From: Laetmonice hystrix | Lineage: Eukaryota | Reading direction: 5' to 3' | Assembly: GCA_965235115.1 (NCBI GenBank) | Contig: OZ249440.1 | Span: 35,838,001-35,902,000 of the forward strand | DNA: 64,000 nt | In this document: piece after piece, positions 48,810 through 61,756 of the stretch | Layout of the letters: each line of letters opens with the position of its first letter | How positions within the stretch are numbered: position 1 is the stretch's first letter | Position numbers and translations under genes: made by a program | The notes under the pieces: generated by a model | The model's database searches: none | What the model was told of the DNA's origin: nothing | The model's input: only the letters and a program-made list of their open reading frames with translations

Positions 48810-50469
48810 TGTAGCGGTTTTCCTGGCCTGGACATTAGACCCTGGACGAGGGTTGCTAATTATGTAGCGGACCATTCATTAAAGGTGGAATGTCGGACAC
48901 GTGAACGTAGGAGGAATTATTATCTGCTTTATACGAGTTCTCACTAGCTAGAAAAGGTCTGGGCTAAGGGAGAATACTGGGCGTACTTCTCGTTGTGTTC
49001 AATAAGTACTTCATTAATAGGAGACAACTAGAATCGATCACTGGATGGCTAACTCAAGTGATGACTCGTCACACCGACATGTGGAAAAATATAGTAGCTT
49101 TAATAAAATAATAACGTATTTACAACAGGTGTTACTGTCACATCAGACAGTCGCTACCAAGCCATTGGCTATTCTTTGGCCTACAATGGCTACAACAATC
49201 GGTCTCACCCACAGATCTCTCTCTCAAACATCAAAAAATACCGTACTAATACTAATAGTAACTTAAACCTAGGACCAAGCCAGAGAAGCGCATCAGCCTA
49301 CAATCTGGTTTGACCTGCATAAGTATAACCTTAAGTGTGACCCAATTAGGCACATCACTCTCTCAGCATGAACTTGACTGAATAAAAGAACAACATCTAA
49401 CCCAATATAATCCAGCCTAGGCTAGATGACACCATAAAACCCGGGTACGGTACTGGCACATACCAGATCATGACCCCTGCCCTGGATTTAAATACCTAAT
49501 CCCTACAAACAATACAAGATGGCGCCGGCCAGCGCGTCCCCCACATGGCTAGGCCTAACTCGCCCTAAGGCTGACTTAAAGATAAACAATGTCAATGAAT
49601 GCAACATGATCAAGTAACCTCGTACCTGCCAATGTGATGGATGGATGGTCTGATACAGGGAAGGGAACGGGAAGGCGGGAGGCTGGTGCGGTCAGGGCGG
49701 TCAGGGCGGTCGTCGACCCGGCAGCTGCCGTGGACACGACGGGGAAGGGAGCGGTGGATGCTGGTGCGGTCGTCGACCCGGCAGGTGCCGTGGTCACGAC
49801 GGGGAAGGGAACGGTGGAGGCAGGTGGCTGCGGAGACGGGAGACGTCCACGCCGACCCGGCAAATACCGTTGTCGGCGTGAGAGATACGGGTGGCTGATA
49901 TCAACGTGTGTAAAATTCTCTCCTCTGTCTGCCTGGGGCGGCCGAAACGGCCGTATTTATAGCTCTGGGTGGGTTGGCCAGGAGCCAATGAGAACGGGCC
50001 CACCCGGATGAACAGAAGACGGGATGAATGATGGACGGAAATCGTCATCCTCTAAAAATAACTAGGATCCATGGACGGAAGTGTCTAACCCCATCCCCAA
50101 AATAAAACAATAAGGGATAATACTAATTGAAAGAAAGGGTATAAACAATTATCCTAATAAAATAAAGGAGGTTTGGGCCGGTTAAATATAAAAACCCACA
50201 AACAAAAGGTAAAAGTTGACCCAGGGTTCTCAGGCAGCCTGGCAGGCTGTCGTCCGGCGGAAACAAAATGGCGACCATCCATCTGTAAAGGTCATGTTGC
50301 ATTAGATTAAGTTACAGTTTACAATAAATACACAATGTCACAATGAATCTGGAACACGGAAATAAGCTACTACTATGGTGAATATATACAGGTACTTTGA
50401 ACTGCAGAACTCTGGTGGGTACATGATATTCTGCGCATAATACGCCCATTATCGTCCAGGTTCGCTACA
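48810..50469 (-). repeat. 3' LTR of element C (1660 bp)
   Basis: Direct repeat of 59733-61756; PPT GGTGGGGGTAG at 50470-50480. Confidence 0.95.
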
Positions 50470-50878
50470 CTACCCCCACCTTGGACGAATGCGTCCTCGC
50501 ATTTAAAAAAACTTTACCTTGGGGTACCAATGACAAGCGAACCTGGGCCTTACCTTACCCACATAACATTTCCACAGTACAAATATAAAACTTAAAAATA
50601 CAAATACAAATGCGTACAACATACAGATCAAAAGCACAAGTACAAGTGCTTAACAAACAAGTTTTCAACCTCTTACAACCTAACTGTAGTGACACTTTAA
50701 ATTACAAACAAATACAATCAAATGCAAATGGCTTTTACCTGAGACTTTACATAAAAAAATATAGAATGGTCTGTTTTATGGATTTGGCACTTTAACTCAC
50801 AATAAGAAATATATGATCACAACCGCTTTACCTGAGAATTAAATATACCTGCAAACTTCTCCAAGCAATACCATACTG

Positions 50879-51964
50879 TTACTCGTCATCAGTTTCCCAG
50901 CCGGCCGTGGCTGGTGGCTTCTCTGGGGCGTGATCCGGTGTCAGGCAGCCGATGCTGCTGCCCATTCCGCTGCTGCTGCCGTCGCTGCTGTCACTGTCGC
51001 TGTCGTCTTGGTCTGGTTGAGCTGGTTGAGGTGGGGCCGGTGGTGCTGCTGGTGGACTGGTTGGCGGGCTTCTAGGAGGGGCCTCAGGGGACGGGCGGAG
51101 ATCCCCCATCATATTCTCTGGGACCAAGAACTCCCTGGTTGTTTTGGTGGTGCTGTGGCCATCCGGCGACGTTGTGACACTTGTCACGCTCCGCATCCAG
51201 AGGATGGCTGTCACTGGATGCCAGTCCTCTGGACGGAGGAACTAGGCCACACCTCGTGGTCCATTATCTTGGTAGCCAGCCTGGGTGGCTACACTTTTCT
51301 TTACTGGCTGTCTTGTGGGGGCAGGTCTCCTTAGTTGAGGGTAGGGTTGATGTTGTCTCTGTGGCTTTGGTCTAGCTTGTGGCCGACTGAATGGTGATGG
51401 ATGGATCACTGGGCTGCCCAACTCAAAGCTAGGGGGGCTGCCCAGCTCTGACGTTGCTGACGAGGGCGATGCCTGTGCTGGCGACCATAGAGCTGGGGTT
51501 GCTGATAAGGGTGATGGTGGGGCTGTGGTGATGGCTGCAGGGGTGAGGGGTGCAACTGCACTGGCTATGGTTGCAGTTGGCGTGGTTGGTGACGTGGTTG
51601 TGGTTGTGGCTGTAGTTGTTGGTGAGGCTGCAGTGTCAGTGGTTTCTTCAGTTGGGGTTGTAGTGGCTGAGTTTGCTGGTTCGGGGCTAGGGGCTGTTAT
51701 GGCATCAGATGGTGGGGCTGCTGAATTGATGGCCTCCTCTGGTCCTACTTGAATGAGGTCCTCCATACGAACCTGCCTCCCCACATGGAAGCGGTGGACA
51801 TGGTTCCGGACGATTGTCCTCCTTGAACTATTGATGTACTGGCATAATGGACAGCGGTAGGCCTTGTCCCCGTGAATTTGTTGTCTATGTCGGAATAGCT
51901 CCTGATGATTCTCAAACTCGGCCCCACAGGTGAAGCACCAGGGGACTGTAACTGCAGGTGGCAT
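50879..51964 (-). CDS. Accessory ORF3 of element C: two C2H2 zinc fingers plus P/T/S-rich region; one in-frame TAG at 51242
   Basis: CFTC..F....L.RH...IH and CPLC...HVHRFH; ORF 50879-51214 continues in the same frame; splice-acceptor-like TTTACTCATTGCAG/G just before the ATG. Confidence 0.7.
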
Positions 51965-52029
51965 CCTGCAATGAGTAAACTGACTATGTCACACTTTGAT
52001 ATATATATATATATATATATTTTTTTTTC

Positions 52030-55000
52030 TTACAGGTCTAACTTTTTCGGGGGTCTGAGTGGTCGAGAACCACGACGCTGGCCCTTGTATTTTTCTACAC
52101 TATCAGCCCCGAGCTGTGTTTGTTGATGCCCCTTGCTGCCTCCAGCTATGTCATCCCCACTCTTTTGTATACTTGGGTTACTATTTTCATTTTCATCTAC
52201 TTTGTTTTCATGTCTATCTGAATCAGTGCCTCGCCTATCTACATCCTCCTCATCAACATCATCATCATCCCTCTCATCCTCATCATCAGTGCCATCATCA
52301 TTGTCACTGTCACCCTCACACTCTAGATTTTCTTGCCAACAGTCAGGTACATCCCCATGATAGAGCTTGAGATGGTCTATATGCACCCTTACTATCCTGT
52401 CCTCTGGAGCTTTCTGGATCATGCAATTGGACCTGTTTGGACATTCTACCACTCTGTATGGACCGACCCATCCTTTGCCTAGCTTGCCATGGGCTGCTGG
52501 GGGGTACCATCTCCATACCAGGTCACCGGGTTCGTAACTGGTAGGTTTCGACCCAACATCATAATTCCTTTTCTGTCGAGCTGCACTTTTACTGAGCTGG
52601 CGCCTTGCTAGTTCATGGCCATAACTGATGGACTGTTTTAACCACTCCACATATTCAACTGGGCACAGGGTAGGGGAATCACTTGGAGGTGGACCATATA
52701 TCAGATCTACTGGAAGGTTGCTTTCTGTACCTAAGAACATTAGATTGGGGGAAACGTTGGTGCTGTCATGGATTGTTGCTCTATATGCCATCATGACATA
52801 TGGGAGGTGATCATCCCAGTCATCCCTGGTCTCATTGACATATGCTTTCAGCATTTGTTGCAAAGTTCGGTTAAACCGTTCGGTCTGTCCGTCTGACTGA
52901 GGTCTATAAGGTGTGGTCCTACTCTTTTCTATGCCCAATAGTTTACACACCTCTGCAAAAAGCAACGACTCAAAATTCCTTCCCTGATCTGTGTGAATCT
53001 GCTTGGGGACCCCAAAGAGACTAATCACTTCCTTCATCAGTGCATCTGCAACTGATTGTGCCGTCTGGTCCGGTAGAGGTATAGCTTGTACCCACTTTGT
53101 AAAGCCATCCGTAATTACCAGGATATACTTGTTCCCATTATCGGTTTCGGGAAGTTCACCCAAAATATCCATGAACACACGATCAAATTTATGGCCACAT
53201 GGTACCTGATGCATTTTAGCCCTATGCCTTGGTCCAGACTTAATTTGAGCACAGATGCTGCACTTTTGACACCACCTACTCACGTCACCTTTACACCCTG
53301 GCCAATAGTATCGTTTGCAAATACTATCCAGTGTTCTGTTAATCCCTAAGTGTCCACCTGTTTTCGACCCATGGACAGATCTAAACAATTCCTGCCTGAG
53401 CTTACTTGGGGCTACTAACTGACGATTAGTAATTTCCCTGCCTAACTCAATAGTGGTCTTTTTTCTGTATAGTAGGCCCTTCTCTATCTCCAACTTAACC
53501 CACTGGCTACACAGAATTCTGACTTGTCTACTTTCTGCTTGGAGCTGTACCCTAGTTGGCTCTTTACCATCTAATCTCCACTGATACACTTTCTTTATCA
53601 CAGGGTCTTCTATTTGCAGTTTCTTTAACTCGTCTGTTGTCAGTCCCCCTACCCAATTAGTATCGGGTGGCTGTCCCCCATTCTGATCAGTTATTTTTAT
53701 AACTGACTGGTTTCGCTTGGTTACATAACCAATTCTGTCATCTTCGGGTGTCTCAAGTAGCTTGCTAGGATCCTCACTCTCAACTGTCGTTGGTGCCCAA
53801 TCAACTAGCTCTACCTGTGTGGTTTGCTTAATGCTACTCTCTTGCCTGTTGCTAACCCTCTCTTTGGTGGCAGGACTACTGCATGAAGCTATGCTGTCCT
53901 CGCTACCTGTCAACTGGTCATTATCTGTCTCACTTTTAGTATCTTTAATACTGCACTGAGGTTTAAGGTTTTCTTGGTGAACTGTACACTCTGGGCAACT
54001 TAGCTGGCTGCACGTCAGCAACCTCCTACCAGGCGGTTTTCGTGACATAGCGTCTGCATTATTGTGTTGTGCCCCTCTCCTATGTTGCAACTCAAAATCA
54101 AAAGTACTAAGGTACGTGATCCAACGCCCTACCATTCCCTCTGCATCTTTGAAATTCGAGAGCCATCTTAAGGAGGCATGGTCTGTCCTAATGATGAATT
54201 GCCGTCCCAACAAGTAATGCCTAAATTGCTTCACAAATACCACTACTGCTAAGAGCTCACGGTATGTAACACAATACCTGCGTTGGGTAGCAGACAACAC
54301 TTTGCTTGCATAGTGTATTACTTTCTCACTCCCACCTTGGACCTGAGCCAATACGGCTCCGATCCCTCTGTCACTAGCGTCCGTATCGAGGACGAAGACA
54401 TCACTGTCCTCTCGGGAGGGGTAGCTGAGTACAGGGGATTCTGTCAGTTTTCTTTTCAGGGTCTCAAACGCTTTCTCACAGTCATCTGTCCATTGGAACT
54501 GCTGACCTTTCTTTGTTAAATCTGTTAGCGGGGCTGCTACCATAGAAAATCGAGGTATGAACCGTCTATAATATGAGGCTAAACCCAGGAAGCTGCGCAC
54601 CTCAGTTACATTACGTGGGGTTTCCCATTCCCTTACAGCTTCCACTTTCACTGGATCACAGCGGATCCCTTCGCCTGTAACTATATGCCCTAGGAATGCG
54701 ACCTCCCTTTTCATAAGGTGACATTTCTTCGCCTTTAATTTTAGACCGGCATCCCTTAGCCGTGCAAATATAGTTTCTAAGTTACACAGTGTCTCTTCAA
54801 AGGTCACCCCGAACAAGATTACGTCGTCTAAATAGACAAGACATATTTCCCATTGTAAAGTTCTGAGTACACGCTCCATGAGACGTTCAAAGGTGGCTGG
54901 TGCGTTGGTCAAGCCGAACGGCATGACCCGGAATTCAAAGAGGCCCTTTCTGGTGGCAAAAGCTGTCTTTTCTCGATCACGCTCATCTACCTCTACCTGC

Positions 55001-56927
55001 CAATAGCCACTGGCCATATCGAGCGTACAAAACCAGGACGCACCCTTAAGCTCATCCATGCAATCCGCAATGTTTGGTAGCGGGTATGCGTCCTTTTTCG
55101 TTGCAGCATTTAAGTGGCGATAATCGACACAGAATCGAGTACTGCCGTCCTTTTTCTTGACTAAGACCACTTGTGATGCCCAGGGGCTATCACTTTCCTG
55201 TATAATTTTACCACTTAACATCTTCTCTTCTCAAGTTCATCTTCAACTATTTTCTGTTGTGTCTGGGATATGGCCCCAGATGCCGACACGGCGCAAAACC
55301 ACCACTACTCACTCACTCACTGTTGTGTCTGGGGGAATCTCCTGGGGGGTCGTTTTATAGGCTTCGCATCCCCCGTATCTACTTGGTGTTTAACCAGGTC
55401 CGTACGGCCAACTGGACCATCCGGTTCTACAAATAAATCTTGATTTTGGTGAAGAGTATCACTCAACTGACCTCTTTGTTCATCTGTCAAACCTTTGACA
55501 TCCACTAAACTCTGGAGATGCAACGGCAGATCACTCACTGACCTGGCAACTCGCTGCACTTCACGTTTCGGCAGGGTGCTAATGCGCCTCACTTGCTCTA
55601 CTGGCGAAAGCATCCCAATCACTGTACCCTCTTCTACCTCTATCGCCTCATCACCAAAGTTAGAAAGTGTTACCGACACTATCCCATGCCTCACTCTAAC
55701 TAAACTCTTTGGAACCATTAGACCAGTTTTGTACTGGAAGTCCCTGTTACACTCAATCAATCCCTTACTGTGAGAGTCTGACGCCCAGTTGGGGCTAACC
55801 CTTCCTACCACTCTGACCTCATGGCTACCGGGTACCTCAACTGCCTGCTCTATTCTAACATAACAACTCTCCTCATCAGCTTTTTCATGAAGGTAAACAA
55901 CTTGTGACCCAACATGCGTGACTCCCTTCTTCAAGTCAAACGTCACATCTTCTGCAGATCTGATAAACCTGTTACCTAAAATACCTTGAGCTTCTCCCAA
56001 CTGCGCTACAACTACTGGTATGTCAAAGCATACTTCACCTAATCGGACTTCGGCTCGGATCTGGCCGTCTACTTTTAACGCGTTACCACCTGCGCCTAAC
56101 AAGTCAACGGTACATTCAGTTAATGGTGGACGGGTCTCTCCATCCAACGCATAATAAAGACTCGAGTCCAACAGGTTTGGACCTGCTCCTGAGTCAATCA
56201 ACCACTCTACTTTCTGATCCCCAATGTTTCCATAGACAAACCAACTTTCGTCATTGAGAACTCGTACCGGAACTTGTCTCCTACTACTTGTTGCTGTCCT
56301 ACTTTTCATTCTACTTTGAACAATATCCTGATTTTCACACTCTGTATTGTTAATGTTTAGATTCCTCCTTTGTTCACAACCTATAGAACTATCTGTCTCA
56401 TCGCCCTCTGTAACTGAATTAATTAACAGTTCCCTGTCCACACAGGCGTCATCTGTCTCCACACTATTCTCATGTTTGTCTACCCCATTGTTGGTTTCAT
56501 TGTCTATCTCAGCAACTTTGCTGCGAACACTCTCCATATTGGTCAACTCATTACTGCTGCAACTTAACTTTGTCTCATCTACATGGATCTTAAGGCTGTC
56601 CGTTTCACTAAAATCATCACCCTTGTCCATCTCTAACTCATCATCTGGCTTGTCATCTGTCAAGTTGTTGTCAATGACATTGTCTTTTGTGGGTGCACGG
56701 TCTGTTTGTTGAGCTACACTTTCACAAACTAAACCAAATTCCTCACTATCGGTTTGAATCTCACATTTTGGTTCGTCCTTTCCACTCATTGAATATCTAT
56801 TCTGTGCTTCTGCATGTGTCACTAAGTTACGGGGTCCTGTCCATGTCTTAATGTTTTGCCCAAAACCTCTGTCCCTATAAGGCTGAGCTGGACGCTCGGG
56901 CTTGTATCCAGCTCCTAAGCGTTTAAA
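52030..56927 (-). pseudogene. pol: Element C pol (protease, RT, RNase H, integrase), disrupted near 55222-55320
   Basis: LIDSGA; YLDD; DTDASD and ADAMSR; HHCC; D-D-E (DILG, HTDQG, ERFN); GPY. Confidence 0.95.
55268..55320 (+). mobile_element. 53-bp I-LINE 3' tail inserted into pol
   Basis: TSD TGTTGTGTCTGGG at 55255-55267 and 55321-55333. Confidence 0.9.
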
Positions 56928-58594
56928 GAGCGAGGCCCTGGCGAACCAGATCTCGGGGGTTCCTGCATCTGTCGGGGTCTAGGTCTGGGTGCATTCGTTA
57001 GGGGTTCCCATGCTGAGGATCGCCCATGTTCCCCTATGTTCCTAGTCTCTGGGCAATCTCTGGAATAATGCCCCATCACATGGCAACGGAAACATTCAAC
57101 AGAAGCTAAATCCCGTCTAGGCCTAGGGAATTGCCTCTGATATTGGTCCCTATCTCTGAATCCTTGAGGTGGTGGGCCCCTATCATGTCTACTAGGTGGC
57201 ACGTCCCTCTCAGATACGTGTCTGACACCAACAGTTTGTGGCTTTGGGGGTGGTGGGGTAATCTGGCTTTTGTCAAATGCCTGATATGATACTGCAACTA
57301 CAATTGCCTCAGCTAGTGTTTCGGGCCTATTGCAGTGTACATGGCGGCGCATGGCAATGTCAGGGAGTCCTTTGATATAAATATCAATCATGACTGGTTC
57401 TGCGAGCATTGTTCCTGGGTAGGCCTTCCTGGCTAGACGCTGCAGTGCATGACCATACTCGGCCACTGATTCACCAGGCTTGCAAGTCCGTGCCATAAAC
57501 TCGACTGCAAACTGTGCCTCTCGCCCTGGGGGGCTGTATTTTTGCTCTAAGGCACGCACAAGACAATTAAAATCAAACTGTAACTGACTAGGAACGGTTG
57601 ATAGGACTTCCCTTGCACCCTCTATTAGACTACAAGCAAGTTGCATACCCTTTTCCCAGTACGTCCACTGGTTCCACTGGGACACAGCAGCAAAATGTCC
57701 AAGATAATCACCTAGATCTGTCCTGCCATTATACTTCAGTGGTTCTTTCTGTTTTCTCTTAGACTCGGATTGGGGGTACATGGGTGGTATAGTTAGGGGA
57801 TTGGGTGGACTAGCTCTCACCCCATCATTTGGTCCTGTCGAGTATACATGAGGGTCAAAAGCAGTAGGGTGTGGCGGACTGGCTGCATGCCTCCCCTCTG
57901 GGTAGTAGTACCTATTAGGGCTACCATGACCAACTGGGTCGCAATCCAACCTAGATTGCCTGTGAGTCCCAGCGCCCTGGCTGTGTCCATGGAGTTCCCT
58001 ACCAACATCCTCACAGGGGTAAAACCTGGCCCCTTCGTGGTAAGTATCTCGCCTCAAGATGGGGTCGACCCCACTTGGGTACCCATTCCCATTCACAATG
58101 TGATTTCTATCGTTTTGGTTAGCCCTCTGGCTGAAACCCAGGTATTGAGACTGACCCCCAGTGTAATACCAATTCATGCAAGGTGTTGTTTGTGGTTGAC
58201 TGTTGTATCTGTCAGCTAATGCATAACAGGGCTCTCCCTGCTCAGCTCTTGGGCTTGGCCCTCCATTAAATAGGTGGCTGTCATGACTATCATGGGGCTG
58301 GTATGGCCCATGCCAACATCTCCCATCACTGAGGAAACTACCTAAGTTTGCTCTACCCCTTTCCTCAAAGCTAGCCTGCCTGCCATTAGCAAAGACTACA
58401 CCCTGTACATCCGATCTAAACACCTCTCTCCTGTCACTCAGGTCTGGCAACCCACTACAGAATATCCCTGCCCTGTCCTGTCTTAGTGATTGGTGTGGAT
58501 CTGCACCGCTAGGTGGCAGACACACTACTTGAATTTGACCACAGGCTTCTAACATATGCAAATCCTCGCCTAATACCATCCATAATGTATCCAA
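56915..58594 (-). CDS. gag: Element C Gag
   Basis: YLGHFAAVSQWNQW, YIKGLPD and CCHC knuckle CFRCHVMGHYSRDC; the true start codon is uncertain. Confidence 0.9.
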   Translation of the reverse strand: MDTLWMVLGEDLHMLEACGQIQVVCLPPSGADPHQSLRQDRAGIFCSGLPDLSDRREVFRSDVQGVVFANGRQASFEERGRANLGSFLSDGRCWHGPYQPHDSHDSHLFNGGPSPRAEQGEPCYALADRYNSQPQTTPCMNWYYTGGQSQYLGFSQRANQNDRNHIVNGNGYPSGVDPILRRDTYHEGARFYPCEDVGRELHGHSQGAGTHRQSRLDCDPVGHGSPNRYYYPEGRHAASPPHPTAFDPHVYSTGPNDGVRASPPNPLTIPPMYPQSESKRKQKEPLKYNGRTDLGDYLGHFAAVSQWNQWTYWEKGMQLACSLIEGAREVLSTVPSQLQFDFNCLVRALEQKYSPPGREAQFAVEFMARTCKPGESVAEYGHALQRLARKAYPGTMLAEPVMIDIYIKGLPDIAMRRHVHCNRPETLAEAIVVAVSYQAFDKSQITPPPPKPQTVGVRHVSERDVPPSRHDRGPPPQGFRDRDQYQRQFPRPRRDLASVECFRCHVMGHYSRDCPETRNIGEHGRSSAWEPLTNAPRPRPRQMQEPPRSGSPGPRSLNA

Positions 58595-59709
58595 AGACCC
58601 TCCTGGTCCAATATGTTACTGACCCTCTGCCTAACAGGAAAGCTAAAATGGTGACAAGCAACTCTAACGTTATAGTATAATTGCAGCAACGTGTGCCAAC
58701 CACACGAGCATGACAGACTGTTCTGGGTTATCTAAAATCCACCTGAAGTCGACACCTCTAGCTATAACAGCGGTGAAATCAAGACCAATCATACCTGCCT
58801 ATCATCATTCATATTCACCATATGTTACCATATCTACCATTTCCTAGAATCTGCCAAAGTTCAATCCTGTGGGCCTACATTAACAATAACCCGATCCTGT
58901 TGGCGTCCTGTAATCATTTGCCAGCTAACTAGAACTGTCTGCAAGAAGAGTAACCATGTCTCTGTAACTGTCTGCATGACTATTATCCAGCTACCTCTGA
59001 CTGTTTCCAACACATCTAACCAATTTTCAGTTGCTGTCCGTAGGATAATCTGCCATGTCGCTAGCACTAATAGCACAATGCCTAACCAGTTCTCTGCCAC
59101 TGCGAGCAAAATCATTGTAGCCAGCTACTACAGATCTCTCAAATGTTCTGTTGTTTGTTTTTTTTTTTTTTTTTTTTTTAAATTCTGCCCTGGGGTTTGT
59201 TTTGACGGAATCGATTTTCATCAACCAAGAATATACAAATCTATGCCAAGTATAAATTGTTCCTCGGGATCCACTTTGTATTCACAAACTATTCAGGACC
59301 ATGAAAACCTAGTTCTGTACTGAGCCCTGTCAGTGTGTCTATGATTTGTATTCAATGCAATCACAAGAAAATATAAATCTCTGGACAACAACCCCAAGTC
59401 AATCCTACTAGACGCTGTCTCTAAGTGTCTCTATTCCTCCATTGGTTAACGGCTGCATGATGGTAGCCAACTCTACCGCTAATGCTATACTGTCCCAATG
59501 CTAACTATACAGCAAACCGTAACATGCCCTTCTTAACCGGTGTGTTTTCTTTTCTTTGACTGCCATAGCCATAAACAACTATACATATTTCAACCTAAAG
59601 CCTGTCTTGGAATGTGGAAAAAAATTTTTTTCCAAGAATTAAAAAAAAATTCTGCTACCTGAGAGCACACTTACCCACTTAAGTTCAACCACCTGCATGC
59701 AAATCAACC

Positions 59710-59728
59710 ATCCTGGTCACGGTAACCA
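59710..59728 (-). promoter_or_regulatory. Primer binding site (tRNA-His-like)
   Basis: TGGTTACCGTGACCAGGAT a few nt inside the 5' LTR, close to the complement of the tRNA-His 3' end. Confidence 0.65.
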
Positions 59729-59732
59729 ATTA

Positions 59733-61756
59733 TGTAGCGGTTTTCCTGGCCTGGACATTAGACCCTGGACGAGGGTTGCTAATTATGTAGCGGACCATTC
59801 ATTAAAGGTGGAATGTCGGACACGTGAACGTAGGAGGAATTATTATCTGCTTTATACGAGTTCTCACTAGCTAGAAAAGGTCTGGGCTAAGGGAGAATAC
59901 TGGGCGTACTTCTCGTTGTGTTCAATAAGTACTTCATTAATAGGAGACAACTAGAATCGATCACTGGATGGCTAACTCAAGTGATGACTCGTCACACCGA
60001 CATGTGGAAAAATATAGTAGCTTTAATAAAATAATAACGTATTTACAACAGGTGTTACTGTCACATCAGACAGTCGCTACCAAGCCATTGGCTATTCTTT
60101 GGCCTACAATGGCTACAACAATCGGTCTCACCCACAGATCTCTCTCTCAAACATCAAAATACCGTACTAATACTAATAGTAACTTAAACCTAGGACCAAG
60201 CCAGAGAAGCGCATCAGCCTACAATCTGGTTTGACCTGCATAAGTATAACCTTAAGTGTGACCCAATTAGGCACATCACTCTCTCAGCATGAACTTGACT
60301 GAATAAAAGAACAACATCTAACCCAATATAATCCAGCCTAGGCTAGATGACACCATAAAACCCGGGTACGGTACTGGCACATACCAGATCATGACCCCTG
60401 CCCTGGATTTAAATAATCCCTAATAAAACAAGATGGCGCTGGTCAGCGCGTCCCCCACATGGCTAGGCCTAACTCGCCCTAAGGCTGACTTAAAGATAAA
60501 CAATGTCAATGAATGCAACATGATCAAGTAACCTCGTACCTGCCAATGCGATGGATGGATGGTCTGATACAGGGAAGGGAACGGGAAGGCGGGAGGCTGG
60601 TGCGGTCAGGGCGGTCAGGGCGGTCGTCGACCCGGCAGCTGCCGTGGACACGACGGGGAAGGGAGCGGTGGATGCTGGTGCGGTCGTCGACCCGGCAGGT
60701 GCCGTGGTCACGACGGGGAAGGGAACGGTGGAGGCAGGTGGCTGCGGAGACGGGAGACGTCCACGCCGACCCGGCAAATACCGTTGTCGGCGTGAGAGAT
60801 ACGGGTGGCTGATATCAACGTGTGTAAAATTCTCTCCTCTGTCTGCCTGGGGCGGCCGAAACGGCCGTATTTATAGCTCTGGGTGGGTTGGCCAGGAGCC
60901 AATGAGAACGGGCCCACCCGGATGAACAGAAGACGGGATGAATGATGGACGGAAATCGTCATCCTCTAAAAATAACTAGGATCCATGGACGGAAGTGTCT
61001 AACCCCATCCCCAAAATAAAACAATAAGGGATAATACTAATTGAAAGAAAGGGTATAAACAATTATCCTAATAAAATAAAGGAGGTTTAGGCCGGTTAAA
61101 TATAAAAACCCACAAACAAAAGGTAAAAGTTGACCCAGGGTTCTCAGGCAGCCTGGCAGGCTGTCGTCGGGCGGAAACAAAATGGCGACCATCCATCTCT
61201 AAAGGTCATGTTGCATTAGATTGAAGGGGGTCGTAAAATTCATTTTTTTCGATTTATGGCAGTCTTAGAAACATATGATTCGCATACCTTGACTTCTGGG
61301 TGTGGAAGGGAATCTCCCTCTAGTCTAGTGTTGACCTAAATACCGCATGTACACCCGGAAGTCACGTGATCACGCGTCATCATCGCCCGACCGCGGCCAA
61401 CTCAAATATCCTGTGGGCCGCTCGCTAATTCTGAGCTACGTATTTCCGAGAGATTTGGCATATTTTCCTTACTAAATACTGGTCGCTGGGCCATAACAGT
61501 CTCACATGATGTTACTGGGAGTCCAAGGTATGCGAATCATATATGTTTCTAAGACTGCCATAAATCGAAAAAAATGAATTTTACGACTCCCTTTAAGTTC
61601 CAGTTTTACAATAAATACACAATGTCACAATGAATCTGGAACACGGAAATAAGCTACTACTATGGTGAATATATACAGGTACTTTGAACTGCAGAACTCC
61701 GGTGGGTACATGATATTCTGCGCATAATACGCCCATTATCGTCCAGGTTCGCTACA
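59733..61756 (-). repeat. 5' LTR of element C with a MITE insertion
   Basis: Matches 48810-50469 apart from a few substitutions/indels and the insert. Confidence 0.95.
61225..61592. mobile_element. Kolobok-type MITE
   Basis: About 65-bp TIRs AGGG...CCCT, inserted at TTAA (TTGA/TTAA flanks); the empty site is visible in the other LTR. Confidence 0.8.

Larger units (their letters stand above)
48810..61756 (-). mobile_element. Complete Ty3/Gypsy LTR retrotransposon (element C)
   Basis: Two near-identical LTRs with TGTAGCG...CGCTACA termini, 4-bp TSD GTAG (48806-48809, 61757-61760), PBS, PPT, gag and pol in PR-RT-RH-IN order. Confidence 0.97.

Noticed and set aside
49576..50048. ORFs inside the LTRs (repeated at 60490-60962)
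   Set aside because: They arise from GC-rich 60-bp tandem repeats open in several frames; conservation merely reflects LTR duplication
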